DNA from: an uncultured Gemmatimonadota bacterium
GTDB lineage: Bacteria > JAAXHH01
Length of the DNA stretch: 64,000 nt
Direction of reading: 5' to 3'
Assembly (NCBI GenBank): GCA_951812955.1
Contig: OX638340.1
Location: 896,001-960,000 of the forward strand
Below are positions 1 through 10,198 of the stretch, one piece after another. Position 1 is the stretch's first letter. The number at the start of each line of letters is the position of its first letter. The notes beneath the pieces were generated by a model. That model worked only from the letters and a program-made list of their open reading frames with translations, had not been told where the DNA came from and ran no database searches. Made by a program: the position numbers and the translations under genes.

Positions 1-82
1 CCTTCCTCGACGCTTTCGCCCAGTCTCGGCATGGTGATGTTCACGTTGCACATCCTCTTGGTGCTTTACGATCGACAGGCAA

Positions 83-1063
83 TCAGTAGGCCAGGAGATC
101 CCGTAGGGCCGCGGTTACTTTCTCCGTGTTCGGCAGGAAATAGTGCTCCAGCGGCGGACTGAAGGGTACGGGCGTGTCGATGGCCGCCAGCCTGCGGACG
201 GGCGCGTCGAGATGCTCGAAGGCCTCTTCGGCCACGACGGCGGCGATTTCACCGCCGAAACCGCCGGTCAGCGTGTCCTCATGTACGATCAGTAGCCGGT
301 TCGTCTTCCGAACGGATTCGAGGATCGCCTGCTTGTCATACGGCAGCAGGGACCGCAGGTCGATCACCTCAGTCTCTATCCCCTCGCCGGCCAGGGTCTC
401 GGCGGCGTCCAGGCTGTGAAAGACCATCTTGCCGTAGGTGACGATCGTCGCATCGATGCCCTCCCGCCGGATCGCCGCCTCACCGATGGGTACGGTGTAA
501 TCGTCTTCAGGGATCTCTTCCCGGATCCGGGGAAAACGGTACAGGCCCTTGTGTTCAAAATACAGCACCGGGTTGTTGTCCCGGATTGACGACTTGAGCA
601 GGCCCTTCGCGTCGTAGGTCGTTGCCGGCGCCACGACCTTGAGACCGGGGACCTTGCAGAACCAGGCCTCGGGATTCTGGGAGTGGAAGGGGCCGGCGTT
701 GCCGATGGCGCCGGAAGGGCACCGCACCACGAGGGGCACGGCGGCGCCCCAGCGGTAGTGCGCCTTGGCCGCGTTGTTGACCAGTTGATTGAAACCGCAG
801 GTAATGAAATCGGCGAACTGCATTTCAGCCACCGGCCGCATGCCCATGATCGCCGCGCCCATGGCCGCGCCGATGATGACCGATTCCGCCACGGGAGCGT
901 CGATCACCCGGTTTTCCCCGAAATCGTCCAGGAATCCCTTCGTGATCTTGAACGCCCCGCCGTAGACGCCGATGTCCTCGCCCAGGCAGAAGACGCTCTC
1001 ATCCCGTTCCATCTCTTCTCGGAGTCCGGCCGATATGGCTTCCAGGTAGGTTACGGGCGGCAT
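83..1063 (-). CDS. 2-oxoacid (pyruvate/acetoin/branched-chain) dehydrogenase E1 component beta subunit (transketolase-like C-terminal fold)
   Basis: Translation from MPPVTYLEAISAG... has typical E1-beta motifs (GEDIGVYGGAF, VIDAPVAES, PSGA). The 404-aa ORF in the track is N-terminally over-extended. The real start is the ATG at 1061-1063, 23 bp after the E1-alpha stop. Confidence 0.85.
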   Translation of the reverse strand: MPPVTYLEAISAGLREEMERDESVFCLGEDIGVYGGAFKITKGFLDDFGENRVIDAPVAESVIIGAAMGAAIMGMRPVAEMQFADFITCGFNQLVNNAAKAHYRWGAAVPLVVRCPSGAIGNAGPFHSQNPEAWFCKVPGLKVVAPATTYDAKGLLKSSIRDNNPVLYFEHKGLYRFPRIREEIPEDDYTVPIGEAAIRREGIDATIVTYGKMVFHSLDAAETLAGEGIETEVIDLRSLLPYDKQAILESVRKTNRLLIVHEDTLTGGFGGEIAAVVAEEAFEHLDAPVRRLAAIDTPVPFSPPLEHYFLPNTEKVTAALRDLLAY

Positions 1064-1085
1064 AGTCTGGTTCCGATTGGGGACA

Positions 1086-2111
1086 TCAGTCCGCGTAGAC
1101 CCCGTCGAGCGCTTCTTCGGGTTCGGGAAGGGGGCTTTGTTCCGCGTAATCGACCGCGTCATCGACGATGCCCTTGACTTCTTCCTTGATCCCGTCGAGC
1201 TCTTCGCGGGTAAAGTACTGCCGTTCCAACAGGAGGTTTTCAGTTTTCGTGACCGGATCGTTGTTCCAACCGTCCTCAATAATATCCTTGGGAACATAAA
1301 AAGCGTCGTCGTGCTGGGCGTGACCCAGCAACCGGGTACAACGGGCCTCGATGAGCGTCGGACCGCCGCCCTCCCGGGCGAGCTCCACGGCGGTCCGCGT
1401 CGCCTTGTACATGGCGCGCACGTCCGTGCCGTCCACCAGCGAACCCGCGATGCCGTAACCCTGCGCGCGGTCCACGATGTGCTCGCAGGCGTACTCGTAC
1501 CGGGTCGGGGTGGAGTAGGCGAACTTGTTGTTCTCCACGATCAGCACCATGGGCAACCTGTGTACGGCCGCGAAGTTGAGTCCTTCGTGAAAGTCGCCGA
1601 TACTAGAGCCGCCCTCGCCGATGTAGGTGAGGGAGACCGCGCCGTCGCCGCGGATCTTGCTGGCCAGCGCGACGCCCGCGGTCACGGGAATGTTCGCGCC
1701 GAGATGACTGATCATCCCGACGATGTGGTGATCCCAGTTCCCGCAGTGCATGTTGCCGTCTTTACCCGCCGACGGTCCATTGGCCCGGCCGAGGTACTGG
1801 CACATCATGTCCCGGGCGGTATGGCCGCGAAGAAAATGGGCGCCGATCACCCGGTGCATGGGGACCAGGACGTCCGCATCGCCCAGTGCGTGGGCGCTGC
1901 CCGCGGCAATCGCCTCGTGTCCCGCGCCCGCGTAGGCCGCGCCCACGAGCCGGCCCTGCCGGAAGAGCCGGTAAATGCGCTCCTCGAATTCCCGCTGCAG
2001 GCGCATGGTAAGAAACAGTATTCGATAGTCGTCCCGACCGAGGCCGAGATCGTCGAGGCCGGACTCGTTAAGGTCGGGATCGGACAGGGCGGGGGCGGTC
2101 TCAACGTTCAT
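1086..2111 (-). CDS. 2-oxoacid dehydrogenase E1 component alpha subunit (TPP-binding)
   Basis: 341 aa with TPP-binding GDG...NN region (YIGEGGSSIGDFHEGLNFAAVHRLPMVLIVENNKFA). Lies directly upstream of the beta subunit on the same strand. Confidence 0.85.
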   Translation of the reverse strand: MNVETAPALSDPDLNESGLDDLGLGRDDYRILFLTMRLQREFEERIYRLFRQGRLVGAAYAGAGHEAIAAGSAHALGDADVLVPMHRVIGAHFLRGHTARDMMCQYLGRANGPSAGKDGNMHCGNWDHHIVGMISHLGANIPVTAGVALASKIRGDGAVSLTYIGEGGSSIGDFHEGLNFAAVHRLPMVLIVENNKFAYSTPTRYEYACEHIVDRAQGYGIAGSLVDGTDVRAMYKATRTAVELAREGGGPTLIEARCTRLLGHAQHDDAFYVPKDIIEDGWNNDPVTKTENLLLERQYFTREELDGIKEEVKGIVDDAVDYAEQSPLPEPEEALDGVYAD

Positions 2112-2144
2112 GGCGCCTCCTGGGTGCGAAATGGCGTATTTTGT

Positions 2145-2825
2145 TCATATTCTTTGTTTCAATTCAGGCAGGCTCATCTCTTCAAAAGCCATACCAAAAA
2201 CGTCGCCCAGGTTTCGGAGGAGGCTGTTTTCGACATCCTCCATCGTAACCGGCCGGCCGAGTATCCGCTCCATCGAGCTGACCTCGCGGTCGGCGATGCC
2301 GCAAGGGACGATCCCTTCATACAGGGACAGATCGGGATGGACGTTCACGGAAAACCCGTGCATGGCAATCCACCAGCTGACCCGAATACCCAGGGCTGCG
2401 ACTTTACTGTTTTCTACCCAGACTCCGGTAATCCCCTCCAGGCGGCGGGCCGCGATACCGAAATCTCCCAGCAGTCCAATGATCACCCTTTCGAGATCGC
2501 GCAGGAACCGGTAGACGTCCTGGTACCACGCCGCGATATCGAAGATGGTGTAGCCCACCAGTTGGCCGGGACCGTGGCAGGTAATGTCTCCTCCGCGGTC
2601 CGTTTCGTAGACCTGGATGCCGTGGGCCTGGAGCGATTCTTCCCCGTAGAGCAGGTGATCGCCTGCCCTCAGCCTACGTCCGATCGTGTACGTGGGGGGA
2701 TGTTCGAGAATCAGGAGCACATTGTCGATCAGGCCGGAACGACGCGCCGCGAGCAGTTGTCGCTGAAGAGAAAGCGCCACGCCGTAATCCATCGTGCCGG
2801 CCCGAACAACCCAGCAAGGCAGCAC
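2145..2825 (-). CDS. lipB: octanoyltransferase (lipoyl(octanoyl) transferase) LipB
   Basis: 226 aa with the LipB signature DRGGDITCHGPGQLVGY. Lies upstream of the E1 alpha/beta genes on the same strand, consistent with a lipoylation role. Confidence 0.8.
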   Translation of the reverse strand: MLPCWVVRAGTMDYGVALSLQRQLLAARRSGLIDNVLLILEHPPTYTIGRRLRAGDHLLYGEESLQAHGIQVYETDRGGDITCHGPGQLVGYTIFDIAAWYQDVYRFLRDLERVIIGLLGDFGIAARRLEGITGVWVENSKVAALGIRVSWWIAMHGFSVNVHPDLSLYEGIVPCGIADREVSSMERILGRPVTMEDVENSLLRNLGDVFGMAFEEMSLPELKQRI

Positions 2826-2904
2826 CTGCCCTCCTCATACACGGCGACCTCGTATACCACAGGCCATATACCCCGCGTAAGCTATGGTTTCGCGGGCTGT
2901 CGTG

Positions 2905-3747
2905 TCAAGGTTTTTCTCCCTCGACAATGGCCCCGTAGAACTCCACTCTGCGGTCCTCCAGGCGGTCGAGCTCATAGGCCTTGGCCACGTTCACGATGTG
3001 CTTTTCCCGTGCGCCGGCCAGGTCCACGTCGGCAAAGATGATCTCTTCGGTGGACCGGTCCCCTTCCGCCAGCGTCCGCCCGGTATAATCGACGATTTTG
3101 CTCTGTCCGATGAAGTTGGTGCCCCGTTCTCTTCCGACCCGGTTCACGGCGACGTAATTGATACGATTCTCGAAGGCGCGGGTATTCACCACGAATTCGG
3201 TGTTGCAGTCGGCGCCTACCGGCCAGTTGGTGGGCAGGGCGATCAGCTCCGCGTCGCGTAGCATCATCACCCGGGCGCTTTCGGGGAACGCCGCGTCGTA
3301 ACAGATATTCAGGCCGATTCGGCCGACTTCCGAATCGTACACGCGGAAGGGGCGGTCACCGGGGGACAGGAACCGGTCGATTCCGAGAAAGGGGAGGTGG
3401 ATCTTGCGGTAGTGTCCGATCAACCCGTTGGGAGCGATGAGGACCGCCGTATTGTAGATACTCGATCCATCGGCCTCCAACAGGCCGACGATGACGTGGA
3501 TGTCCAGTTCGCTGCACCGCCGTTCGATGCGTTCGGTGAAAGGACCGGGAACGGGCTGGGCGGACGCCCGGGCTTCGTCCAGGTCGTAAAAGCAGTAGCC
3601 GGTCAGCGCGCACTCGGGAAACACGGCCAGGTCGGCGCCTTCCCGTGAGGCAGACTGCATCGCGTCGAATACCTTGATCAGGTTCTGTTCGGTCTCGGCG
3701 AGTTTCAGATCCATCTGCACGCCGGCGACCCGGATGGTGTCTCGCAT
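2905..3747 (-). CDS. carbon-nitrogen hydrolase (nitrilase/amidohydrolase superfamily)
   Basis: 280 aa with catalytic-triad-like context (FPECALTGY, RKIHLP, LNICYD), typical of CN hydrolases. Confidence 0.75.
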   Translation of the reverse strand: MRDTIRVAGVQMDLKLAETEQNLIKVFDAMQSASREGADLAVFPECALTGYCFYDLDEARASAQPVPGPFTERIERRCSELDIHVIVGLLEADGSSIYNTAVLIAPNGLIGHYRKIHLPFLGIDRFLSPGDRPFRVYDSEVGRIGLNICYDAAFPESARVMMLRDAELIALPTNWPVGADCNTEFVVNTRAFENRINYVAVNRVGRERGTNFIGQSKIVDYTGRTLAEGDRSTEEIIFADVDLAGAREKHIVNVAKAYELDRLEDRRVEFYGAIVEGEKP

Positions 3748-3757
3748 ATATCCCTTT

Positions 3758-4912
3758 CTAGCTTTTTCTATACGCTGGCATGGCGCTCAATCCGGTCGAG
3801 GAAGGATGGAAAAGCCGGGTCAGGTGGGCTTCGATGACGCCCCGGTTGAGATCGGGACGCTCCATGCAGGCGACGACCAGTTCATGGTCCACCTGTTCCG
3901 TCATTTCAGCGATGGCCTTCATGCGGTCGATGGAATTGATCAGGGCCTGCCGGATGGGGATGCGTTCCGGAAAGATGTCGATGCCCATGTAACCGCTGTA
4001 GCCATACATCTTCAGCGCGTACATGCCGGCGAAGATCTGCTCCGGTGAAACGATGCCGACCTGCAGGTCCTGGTCGTAATTTCCCAGGGGCTGGCTGTTC
4101 CAGTGCGTGTGGGCCAGCCTTCCCTGGCGAAGAATGCGGCTCAGGGCATAGGGGAAATCCTCGAACCCCATGAGGACGTGGCCGAGTTCGGGATTCAAGC
4201 CCACGATGGCGTGACCCTCATCAAGAAGCGCTCGATTTTGGGGGGCCTGGAGCCGCTCGTCCACGTTCTGGGCCATGAGTATGCCGTCCGTCGTGTTCCG
4301 GTAGATGTTATTGCCCCGGGGCTCGTAAGGCTTCGGTTCGATGGCCGTTCGAACCCCCGGCACGGCGTCCAGCGCCTCGGCAAGTCCCGATTCGAAGAGG
4401 TCCCACATGGCAAAGAAATCGGTCCCGAAATTCAGTTCGTAGCCGTCGCCTCCAGGCCACACGACCATGAAGTCCGTGTCCAGTTCCCGGTTCATCCGCA
4501 GCGTCTCGATCACCCGGTCTATGGCGGCGCGGCGCGCTTCGGGCACGGGAGAGGACAGAGAACCGAATTCGAACCGGGCGTCCCAGAAGAGATTGGGAAT
4601 CACTGTAACCAGCCGCACGCCTGTATCCTTCTCCAGTTGCTGGTAAAGATGGGCGTTGTCTTCGTTGATCTCGTTGGGATAGTGGGCCTCGATCCCGCAC
4701 AGCCCGAATTCCGCCAGTTCGCCGGCAATGGCTAGGCGCTCTTCGATGGAATAAGGATCCATGTAGGCTTCGTGAAACCGGATCTGTGACGGCGAGAAGA
4801 ACCAGACGCCGGCGGTGATCTTCAGTTCCAGCGTATGGCTTCCGAGATGACGCACAAGGTCATCGCCACTGCGCTTCGTCGCCTGGTCCCGCAAGTCTGC
4901 GAACATAGCCAT
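3758..4912 (-). CDS. sugar phosphate isomerase/epimerase (xylose isomerase-like TIM barrel) family protein
   Basis: 384 aa; the fold assignment comes from overall similarity to TIM-barrel sugar isomerases. The stop lies 11 bp before the nitrilase-like gene start, so probably the same operon. Confidence 0.55.
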   Translation of the reverse strand: MAMFADLRDQATKRSGDDLVRHLGSHTLELKITAGVWFFSPSQIRFHEAYMDPYSIEERLAIAGELAEFGLCGIEAHYPNEINEDNAHLYQQLEKDTGVRLVTVIPNLFWDARFEFGSLSSPVPEARRAAIDRVIETLRMNRELDTDFMVVWPGGDGYELNFGTDFFAMWDLFESGLAEALDAVPGVRTAIEPKPYEPRGNNIYRNTTDGILMAQNVDERLQAPQNRALLDEGHAIVGLNPELGHVLMGFEDFPYALSRILRQGRLAHTHWNSQPLGNYDQDLQVGIVSPEQIFAGMYALKMYGYSGYMGIDIFPERIPIRQALINSIDRMKAIAEMTEQVDHELVVACMERPDLNRGVIEAHLTRLFHPSSTGLSAMPAYRKS

Positions 4913-5048
4913 CTCCTGAGGTTACGCGGTGTTGGTTCAGATGGGTTCTGGTTCGGATGATCAGCGTTTCGATTCGGTAGGTTCCTGTGAAAAATAATAG
5001 GAGGCTCTTCGGGTACTGTCAACTGGTATATCCCTTTCAAAAGAGCGC

Positions 5049-5078
5049 TTGACACCTGATACCAAATCGCCGTATTTA
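5049..5078 (+). promoter_or_regulatory. putative sigma70-type promoter (-35 TTGACA 5049-5054, 18-bp spacer, -10 TATTTA 5073-5078) for the UXS-like gene
   Basis: GCGCTTGACACC followed by TATTTA. The ORF-track N-terminus (TTG at 5049) is actually this -35 element. Confidence 0.3.
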
Positions 5079-5132
5079 CCCCTTCATCCCGTTAATAACA
5101 ATGGCCTTGCACGGCCCGGAAAGGAACTGCTT

Positions 5133-6071
5133 TTGCGCGTTGTCGTTACCGGCGGTGCGGGATTCCTGGGATCCCATCTATGCGACCGTTTGCTGTCCGA
5201 CGGCCACCAGGTAGTCGCCGTCGACAATCTGATTACGGGCCGGACCGTAAATATCGCCCACAACATGGACCGCGACGGGTTCTCCTACATCCGGCAGGAC
5301 GTATCCGAGTACCTGGACATCGACGGCGACGTGGACTTCATCATGCACTTCGCCAGTCCCGCCAGTCCGGTGGATTTCGAGCGTGTGCCGATCCAGATCC
5401 TGAAAGTAGGCGCTCTGGGCACGCACAACGCGCTCGGTCTGGCCAGGGCGAAGGGCGCGGGGTTCTTCCTGGCATCCACCTCCGAGGTTTACGGCGACCC
5501 GCAGGTCAACCCGCAGCCGGAAAGCTACTGGGGCAACGTCAACCCGATCGGAGTGCGGGGCGTCTACGACGAGGCCAAGCGCTTCGCGGAGGCGCTGACC
5601 ATGGCCTACCACCGAAAGCACGGCATCGACACGCGGATCGTCAGGATCTTCAACACTTACGGTCCGCGAATGAGGCCTGCGGATGGACGGGTCGCGCCTT
5701 CTTTCATCACCAAGGCGCTCAGGGGCGAACCGCTGACTATCTTCGGAGAGGGGCGGCAGACCCGTAGTTTCTGCTATTACGAGGATCTCATGGAAGGCAT
5801 CGTGCGGCTCATGCATTCCGGCGAGCACGGACCGGTAAACATCGGAAACGAAAACGAAATTACCATACTTGAACTCGCGCGCACCATCCTCCGGCTATGC
5901 GATTCAGACAGCGAGATCGTCTTCCGGCCGCTTCCCCAGGACGATCCACAGCTTAGGCGGCCGGATACGACAAGGGCCCGGGAGATCCTGGACTGGGAAG
6001 CCCGCGTGACTCTGGATGAGGGGATGGGGAAGACCATCGAGTATTTCAGATCCAACGACGCGTCCGGCTGA
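5133..6071 (+). CDS. NAD-dependent epimerase/dehydratase, UDP-glucuronate decarboxylase (UXS)-like
   Basis: N-terminal Rossmann motif [18 protein letters not shown] and downstream YDEAKR catalytic motif. Probable TTG start at 5133, preceded by AAGGAA at 5121-5126. The ORF-track start at 5049 is an over-extension. Confidence 0.75.
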   Translation: MRVVVTGGAGFLGSHLCDRLLSDGHQVVAVDNLITGRTVNIAHNMDRDGFSYIRQDVSEYLDIDGDVDFIMHFASPASPVDFERVPIQILKVGALGTHNALGLARAKGAGFFLASTSEVYGDPQVNPQPESYWGNVNPIGVRGVYDEAKRFAEALTMAYHRKHGIDTRIVRIFNTYGPRMRPADGRVAPSFITKALRGEPLTIFGEGRQTRSFCYYEDLMEGIVRLMHSGEHGPVNIGNENEITILELARTILRLCDSDSEIVFRPLPQDDPQLRRPDTTRAREILDWEARVTLDEGMGKTIEYFRSNDASG

Positions 6072-6100
6072 GCCGGAATACGGGGAAAGGACCCTGGCCG

Positions 6101-7138
6101 ATGACAACGACCGACGCCACGCGACCCGCCGCGGAGGAAGGACCGGGGCAAGTACGCATCGAAGCCTTCCGGGAAGGACGGGAGAAGATCCTGGCCGAAG
6201 TGCGCAAGGTAATCACCGGCCAGGAAGAGGTCCTGGAGCAGGTGCTGATCGCCCTGTTCGCGGGAGGCCACTGCCTCGTGACCGGCATGCCCGGGCTCGC
6301 AAAGACGCTGCTCATCAAGACCTTCGCACAGGTATTGGACCTGGAATTCCGGCGAATCCAGTTCACGCCCGATCTCATGCCCGCAGACATCACCGGTACC
6401 GAGATCCTGGAGGAGGACAAGGCCACCGGCCAACGTCGGCTGAATTTCATCAAGGGCCCGATATTCGGCAATATCGTGCTGGCCGATGAAATCAACCGCA
6501 CACCGCCCAAGACCCAGGCCGCCCTGCTCGAGGCCATGCAGGAGCACCGCGTGACCGCGGGCGGCACGACTTTCCAGCTGGATGAACCCTTCTTCGTCCT
6601 CGCCACCCAGAACCCCATCGAACTGGAAGGTACCTATCCCCTGCCCGAGGCCCAGCTCGACCGGTTCATGTTCAACATCCACATCGACTATCTGAAGGAA
6701 GACGACGAGGTGGCGGTAGCCCGCTCGACGACCTCCGCCGAAACGGCCTCAGTCGACACCGTACTGTCGGGCAAGGTAGTCGGGGAGTACCAGCGGCTTG
6801 TCAGGGAAGTCCTTGTCTCCGAGCAGGTTGCGCGGTACGCCGTACGCCTGGCATCCTCGAGCAGACCCTCCAGAGGGGAAGCGCCGGATTTCGTCGAAAA
6901 CTGGGTTTCGTGGGGGGCCGGCCTGCGCGCCTCCCAGTACCTGATCCTGGGCGCCAAGGCCAGGGCGCTGCTCGACGGCCGGGGACACGTTTCCTGCGAC
7001 GACATCCGATCACTCGCCCATCCGGTCCTGCGCCATCGCATCCTGACGAATTTCTACGCAGAGGCGGAGAAGATAACGCCCGAACACATCGTAGATCGGC
7101 TGCTCGGCACCGTTCCGGCGCCGCAGTCCGGCATGTAA
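6101..7138 (+). CDS. MoxR-family AAA+ ATPase
   Basis: 345 aa with Walker A (GMPGLAKT), Walker B (VLADEINR) and the typical MoxR C-terminal region. Confidence 0.85.
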   Translation: MTTTDATRPAAEEGPGQVRIEAFREGREKILAEVRKVITGQEEVLEQVLIALFAGGHCLVTGMPGLAKTLLIKTFAQVLDLEFRRIQFTPDLMPADITGTEILEEDKATGQRRLNFIKGPIFGNIVLADEINRTPPKTQAALLEAMQEHRVTAGGTTFQLDEPFFVLATQNPIELEGTYPLPEAQLDRFMFNIHIDYLKEDDEVAVARSTTSAETASVDTVLSGKVVGEYQRLVREVLVSEQVARYAVRLASSSRPSRGEAPDFVENWVSWGAGLRASQYLILGAKARALLDGRGHVSCDDIRSLAHPVLRHRILTNFYAEAEKITPEHIVDRLLGTVPAPQSGM

Positions 7139-7166
7139 TCAAGCACTCAAGCGCAACGGCACTGCC

Positions 7167-8096
7167 ATGGCTGAAATCCCGCGGTTTTTGGATCCGAATA
7201 CCCTTTCCCGCCTGTCCTCGATGGAGATGCGCGCCCGCATCGTGGTCGAAGGATTCGTGTCTGGTCTCCACAAGAGCCCATACCGGGGTTTCGGCGTTGA
7301 GTTCGTGGAATACAGGCAGTATACGCCGGGCGACGACGTCCGGCACGTGGATTGGAAAACCGTGGCGCGGTCGGACCGGTACTATGTCAAGGAATACGAG
7401 GACGAAACCAACCTGCAGTGCGTGCTATTGCTCGATTGCAGCGCGTCCATGGGTTATCGCTCCGGGCAGTCCGGGCGGTCAGGGCAGTCCGGGCCGTCAG
7501 GCGGATTGGACAAGCTCGAATACGGTTCGTACCTGGCGGCGTCCCTGGCGCATCTGATCATGCGGCAGGGAGACGGCGTGGGCCTCGTCACCTTCGACCA
7601 GGCCGTCCGGGATTATCTTCCGCCCAGTTCGAAGAACACCCAGCTGCCGGCCATTCACACCATGCTCGATGGACTGCGCGCCTCCGAAGGGACCGATATC
7701 GGCAAACCCCTGCATGAACTTGCCGAATCGATATCCAGGCGGGGACTGGTCATCCTGATTTCCGATCTGATCGATGACGTCGATGAAATGATGAATGCCC
7801 TGATGCACTTCCGTTTCAAGGGACACGAGGTGCTGGTGTTCCATATCGTCGACCGGGAAGAACTCGACTTCTCCTTCACGGAGACGGCAAGATTCGACGA
7901 TCCAGAGACCGGCGAGCGAATCACGGTCACGCCTTCGGCCATTCGCGAAGACTATATGGATGCCGTTCAGACGTTCATGGAGTCGATCAGGACCGGTTGC
8001 GCGAAGATCAAGGTCGACTACGAGCGCATGGAAACCGAAAGACCGCTGGATTACGCGCTGTTCTCCTATCTGAGCAGGCGCACGGTGAAGCAATAG
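7167..8096 (+). CDS. DUF58 domain protein (vWA-like MoxR partner)
   Basis: 309 aa with the conserved DUF58 N-terminal region (SPYRGFGVEFVEYRQYTPGDDVRHVDWK) immediately after the moxR gene. Contains an 18-bp x2 in-frame repeat encoding GQSGRS/GQSGPS. Confidence 0.8.
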   Translation: MAEIPRFLDPNTLSRLSSMEMRARIVVEGFVSGLHKSPYRGFGVEFVEYRQYTPGDDVRHVDWKTVARSDRYYVKEYEDETNLQCVLLLDCSASMGYRSGQSGRSGQSGPSGGLDKLEYGSYLAASLAHLIMRQGDGVGLVTFDQAVRDYLPPSSKNTQLPAIHTMLDGLRASEGTDIGKPLHELAESISRRGLVILISDLIDDVDEMMNALMHFRFKGHEVLVFHIVDREELDFSFTETARFDDPETGERITVTPSAIREDYMDAVQTFMESIRTGCAKIKVDYERMETERPLDYALFSYLSRRTVKQ

Positions 8097-8122
8097 GGTA
8101 AGCTCCCGCATCGGGTTACGTC

Positions 8123-10195
8123 ATGGATCTGGCCTTCCTCAACGTTACTTTTCTCTTTGCGGCCCTGGGCGCGGCGATACCGCTGATCCTGCATCTGGTC
8201 AGAAGACAGCGGGCCGGGATCCATGTCTTCAGCATGGTCCGTTTCCTCGTCTCGACCCAGCGGGCCGTCGTTCGCCAGCAGAAAATCCGGCGACTGCTGC
8301 TGCTGCTGCTTCGCATGGCGGCCTGCGCGCTCCTGGCCGTGATATTCGCACGGCCCTTCGTCCGGGATCAGAACGAATCCTTCTTTACGGGCACCCAGCC
8401 TGAAGCCGTGGCGATACTGGTCGATACTTCCTACAGCATGGGATACGGGAATCGCCTCGCCCTGGCCAGGCGCAGGGCCGCGGAAGTCGTGAACACGTTG
8501 CAAACCGGCGACCAGGTCGCCCTGCTGACCTTCGCCGTTCAGGCCAGGGTCGTGCGGGAACTCGGGCCGGACCATTCCGGATTGCCCGCCCTGTTGGACA
8601 CCGGGATCAATTCGACTTTCGAAGGAACGGACTACGTTGAAGCGCTGCGCGCCGCCGACGATCAACTGAGCGGGGCGGACTTCGACAAACGCACCCTCTA
8701 CCTGGTGTCCGATTTTCAGCAGTCCGGCTGGAATCCGCGGTCGGCCGGATGGAAACTCAGTCCGGGCGTTCAGCTCAGGCTGATCGACGTCGGGGACGAG
8801 CAGGATGGCAATACGGCCGTCACCGGGGTGGAAATACCGGCCGCGCTCTCGGGCGAGAACCGGACGCTCGACGTGGTCGTCCGGGTCCGGAACTACGGGC
8901 AGGCGCCTGTCCGGGACGAACTCACGCTTCGGGTCAACGGGAACGCAGTCGAGAAGCGGCTGGTCGATATTGCTCCGCACTCAGGCCGGTTGGAGAACTT
9001 CAGGCACACTTTTGAACCGGCAACGAATACGGGCGAGGTGATCCTGGGAGATGACGAGCTTCCGGTGGACAACCGGTTTTACTTCACCGTGAATGCGCCT
9101 TCTCCCGTGCGTGTTCTCTGCCTGGAGGAGCGCAGGCGCCCGAACCGGCTGTCGGAAGCCGCATACTACCTGTCCCAGGCCCTGTCGCTGCGCCAGGATC
9201 CGCCGGTCGTGGTAGATGTACGATCCCCCCGTGCGATGCCCGAAGTCGATCCCGCGCAATACGACGTGGTCATTTCGTCCAACCTTTCCGTCCTGCCACG
9301 TAGCGCGAAGACCAGGCTGACCGACTATGTACGTTCGGGCGGAAGCTTGATTATCGCCTTGAATTCCGCCGTTTCTCCCGATATATTCCATTCGTCTTTC
9401 GGCGAACTGCTGCCTGGACGCATCGAGTCTTTGTCATCCCCCGACGCCCCACGCGACCGGTACCGGCTGTTGACCGGCGTGAACTACCAGCACCCGGTCT
9501 TTCAACCCTTCTCCGGTCCCCGGCATGGTGATTTCGGCACGGTACGGTTTTACAGGACGGCTCGGTTCGATCCAGACTCCTCGTCGTCGGTTCCGGCACG
9601 GTTCGACGACGGCAGCGCCGCGGTAGCGGAGAAGTCCCTGGGAAACGGCCGCACGTTCCTGGTCCTGACTACCTTCGATCTTTCGTGGACCGACTTTCCC
9701 ATACGCGAGGTATTCGTACCTTTTCTATACGAGAGTATCGACTACCTGGCTTCCCGCGGGTCCATGCACGGACGCGGGACCGATTTGTACCGGCTGACGG
9801 GGGAGGCGGTCAGACTGCCGGAAGATGCACGGCACGTTGAAGTTCCATCCGGCGAGCGGATCCCGGCGGAAGCGTCGCAGTCGGGAACGAAGCTGTTTAC
9901 GCGGACGGAGAGACCGGGGTTGTACCAGGTACAGTCGGAAGGAGCCCAACACGCGTTCGCGGTCAACCTCGACACCCGTGAATCCGACTTTACGAGGTTG
10001 GACGTGGAATCCTTCGCGTCTGCGCTGATCAATCCCGTGGCCCGGAGCCCGGAGTCGCGGGAAACGGAGACGCTGGCCAGGCTGGCCCTGGACTCCGAAG
10101 TGGAGCGCCGCCAGCGACTCTGGTGGTTTCTCGGATTCACGCTGATCGCACTGGTCCTCGGAGAAACTTTCCTGGCAAATCGAACGCACAGGTGA
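8123..10195 (+). CDS. BatA-like protein: N-terminal double-transmembrane domain plus von Willebrand factor A domain
   Basis: N-terminus MDLAFLNVTFLFAALGAAIPLILHLVRRQR matches the aerotolerance-regulator N-terminal double-TM domain. A vWA region follows (VDTSYSMGYGNRL). Contains a (CTG)6 run at 8293-8310 encoding LLLLLL. Confidence 0.7.
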   Translation: MDLAFLNVTFLFAALGAAIPLILHLVRRQRAGIHVFSMVRFLVSTQRAVVRQQKIRRLLLLLLRMAACALLAVIFARPFVRDQNESFFTGTQPEAVAILVDTSYSMGYGNRLALARRRAAEVVNTLQTGDQVALLTFAVQARVVRELGPDHSGLPALLDTGINSTFEGTDYVEALRAADDQLSGADFDKRTLYLVSDFQQSGWNPRSAGWKLSPGVQLRLIDVGDEQDGNTAVTGVEIPAALSGENRTLDVVVRVRNYGQAPVRDELTLRVNGNAVEKRLVDIAPHSGRLENFRHTFEPATNTGEVILGDDELPVDNRFYFTVNAPSPVRVLCLEERRRPNRLSEAAYYLSQALSLRQDPPVVVDVRSPRAMPEVDPAQYDVVISSNLSVLPRSAKTRLTDYVRSGGSLIIALNSAVSPDIFHSSFGELLPGRIESLSSPDAPRDRYRLLTGVNYQHPVFQPFSGPRHGDFGTVRFYRTARFDPDSSSSVPARFDDGSAAVAEKSLGNGRTFLVLTTFDLSWTDFPIREVFVPFLYESIDYLASRGSMHGRGTDLYRLTGEAVRLPEDARHVEVPSGERIPAEASQSGTKLFTRTERPGLYQVQSEGAQHAFAVNLDTRESDFTRLDVESFASALINPVARSPESRETETLARLALDSEVERRQRLWWFLGFTLIALVLGETFLANRTHR

Positions 10196-10198
10196 CCC

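Noticed and set aside
83-1297. 404-aa form of the E1-beta ORF
   Set aside because: The first 78 residues (MFPRILLRTVGTTIRSRKLK...) have no homology and overlap the upstream E1-alpha gene. The real start is the ATG at 1063.
1077-3041. 654-aa plus-strand ORF
   Set aside because: Runs antisense across the E1-alpha and lipB genes, which have clear homology-based identities. It is Arg/Gly/Pro-rich, low-complexity, typical of spurious high-GC antisense ORFs.
5049-5132. N-terminal 28 residues of the UXS-like ORF starting at TTG 5049
   Set aside because: The TTG is the -35 TTGACA of a promoter. A good RBS (AAGGAA) and TTG start at 5133 give the canonical ...[16 protein letters not shown]-terminus.
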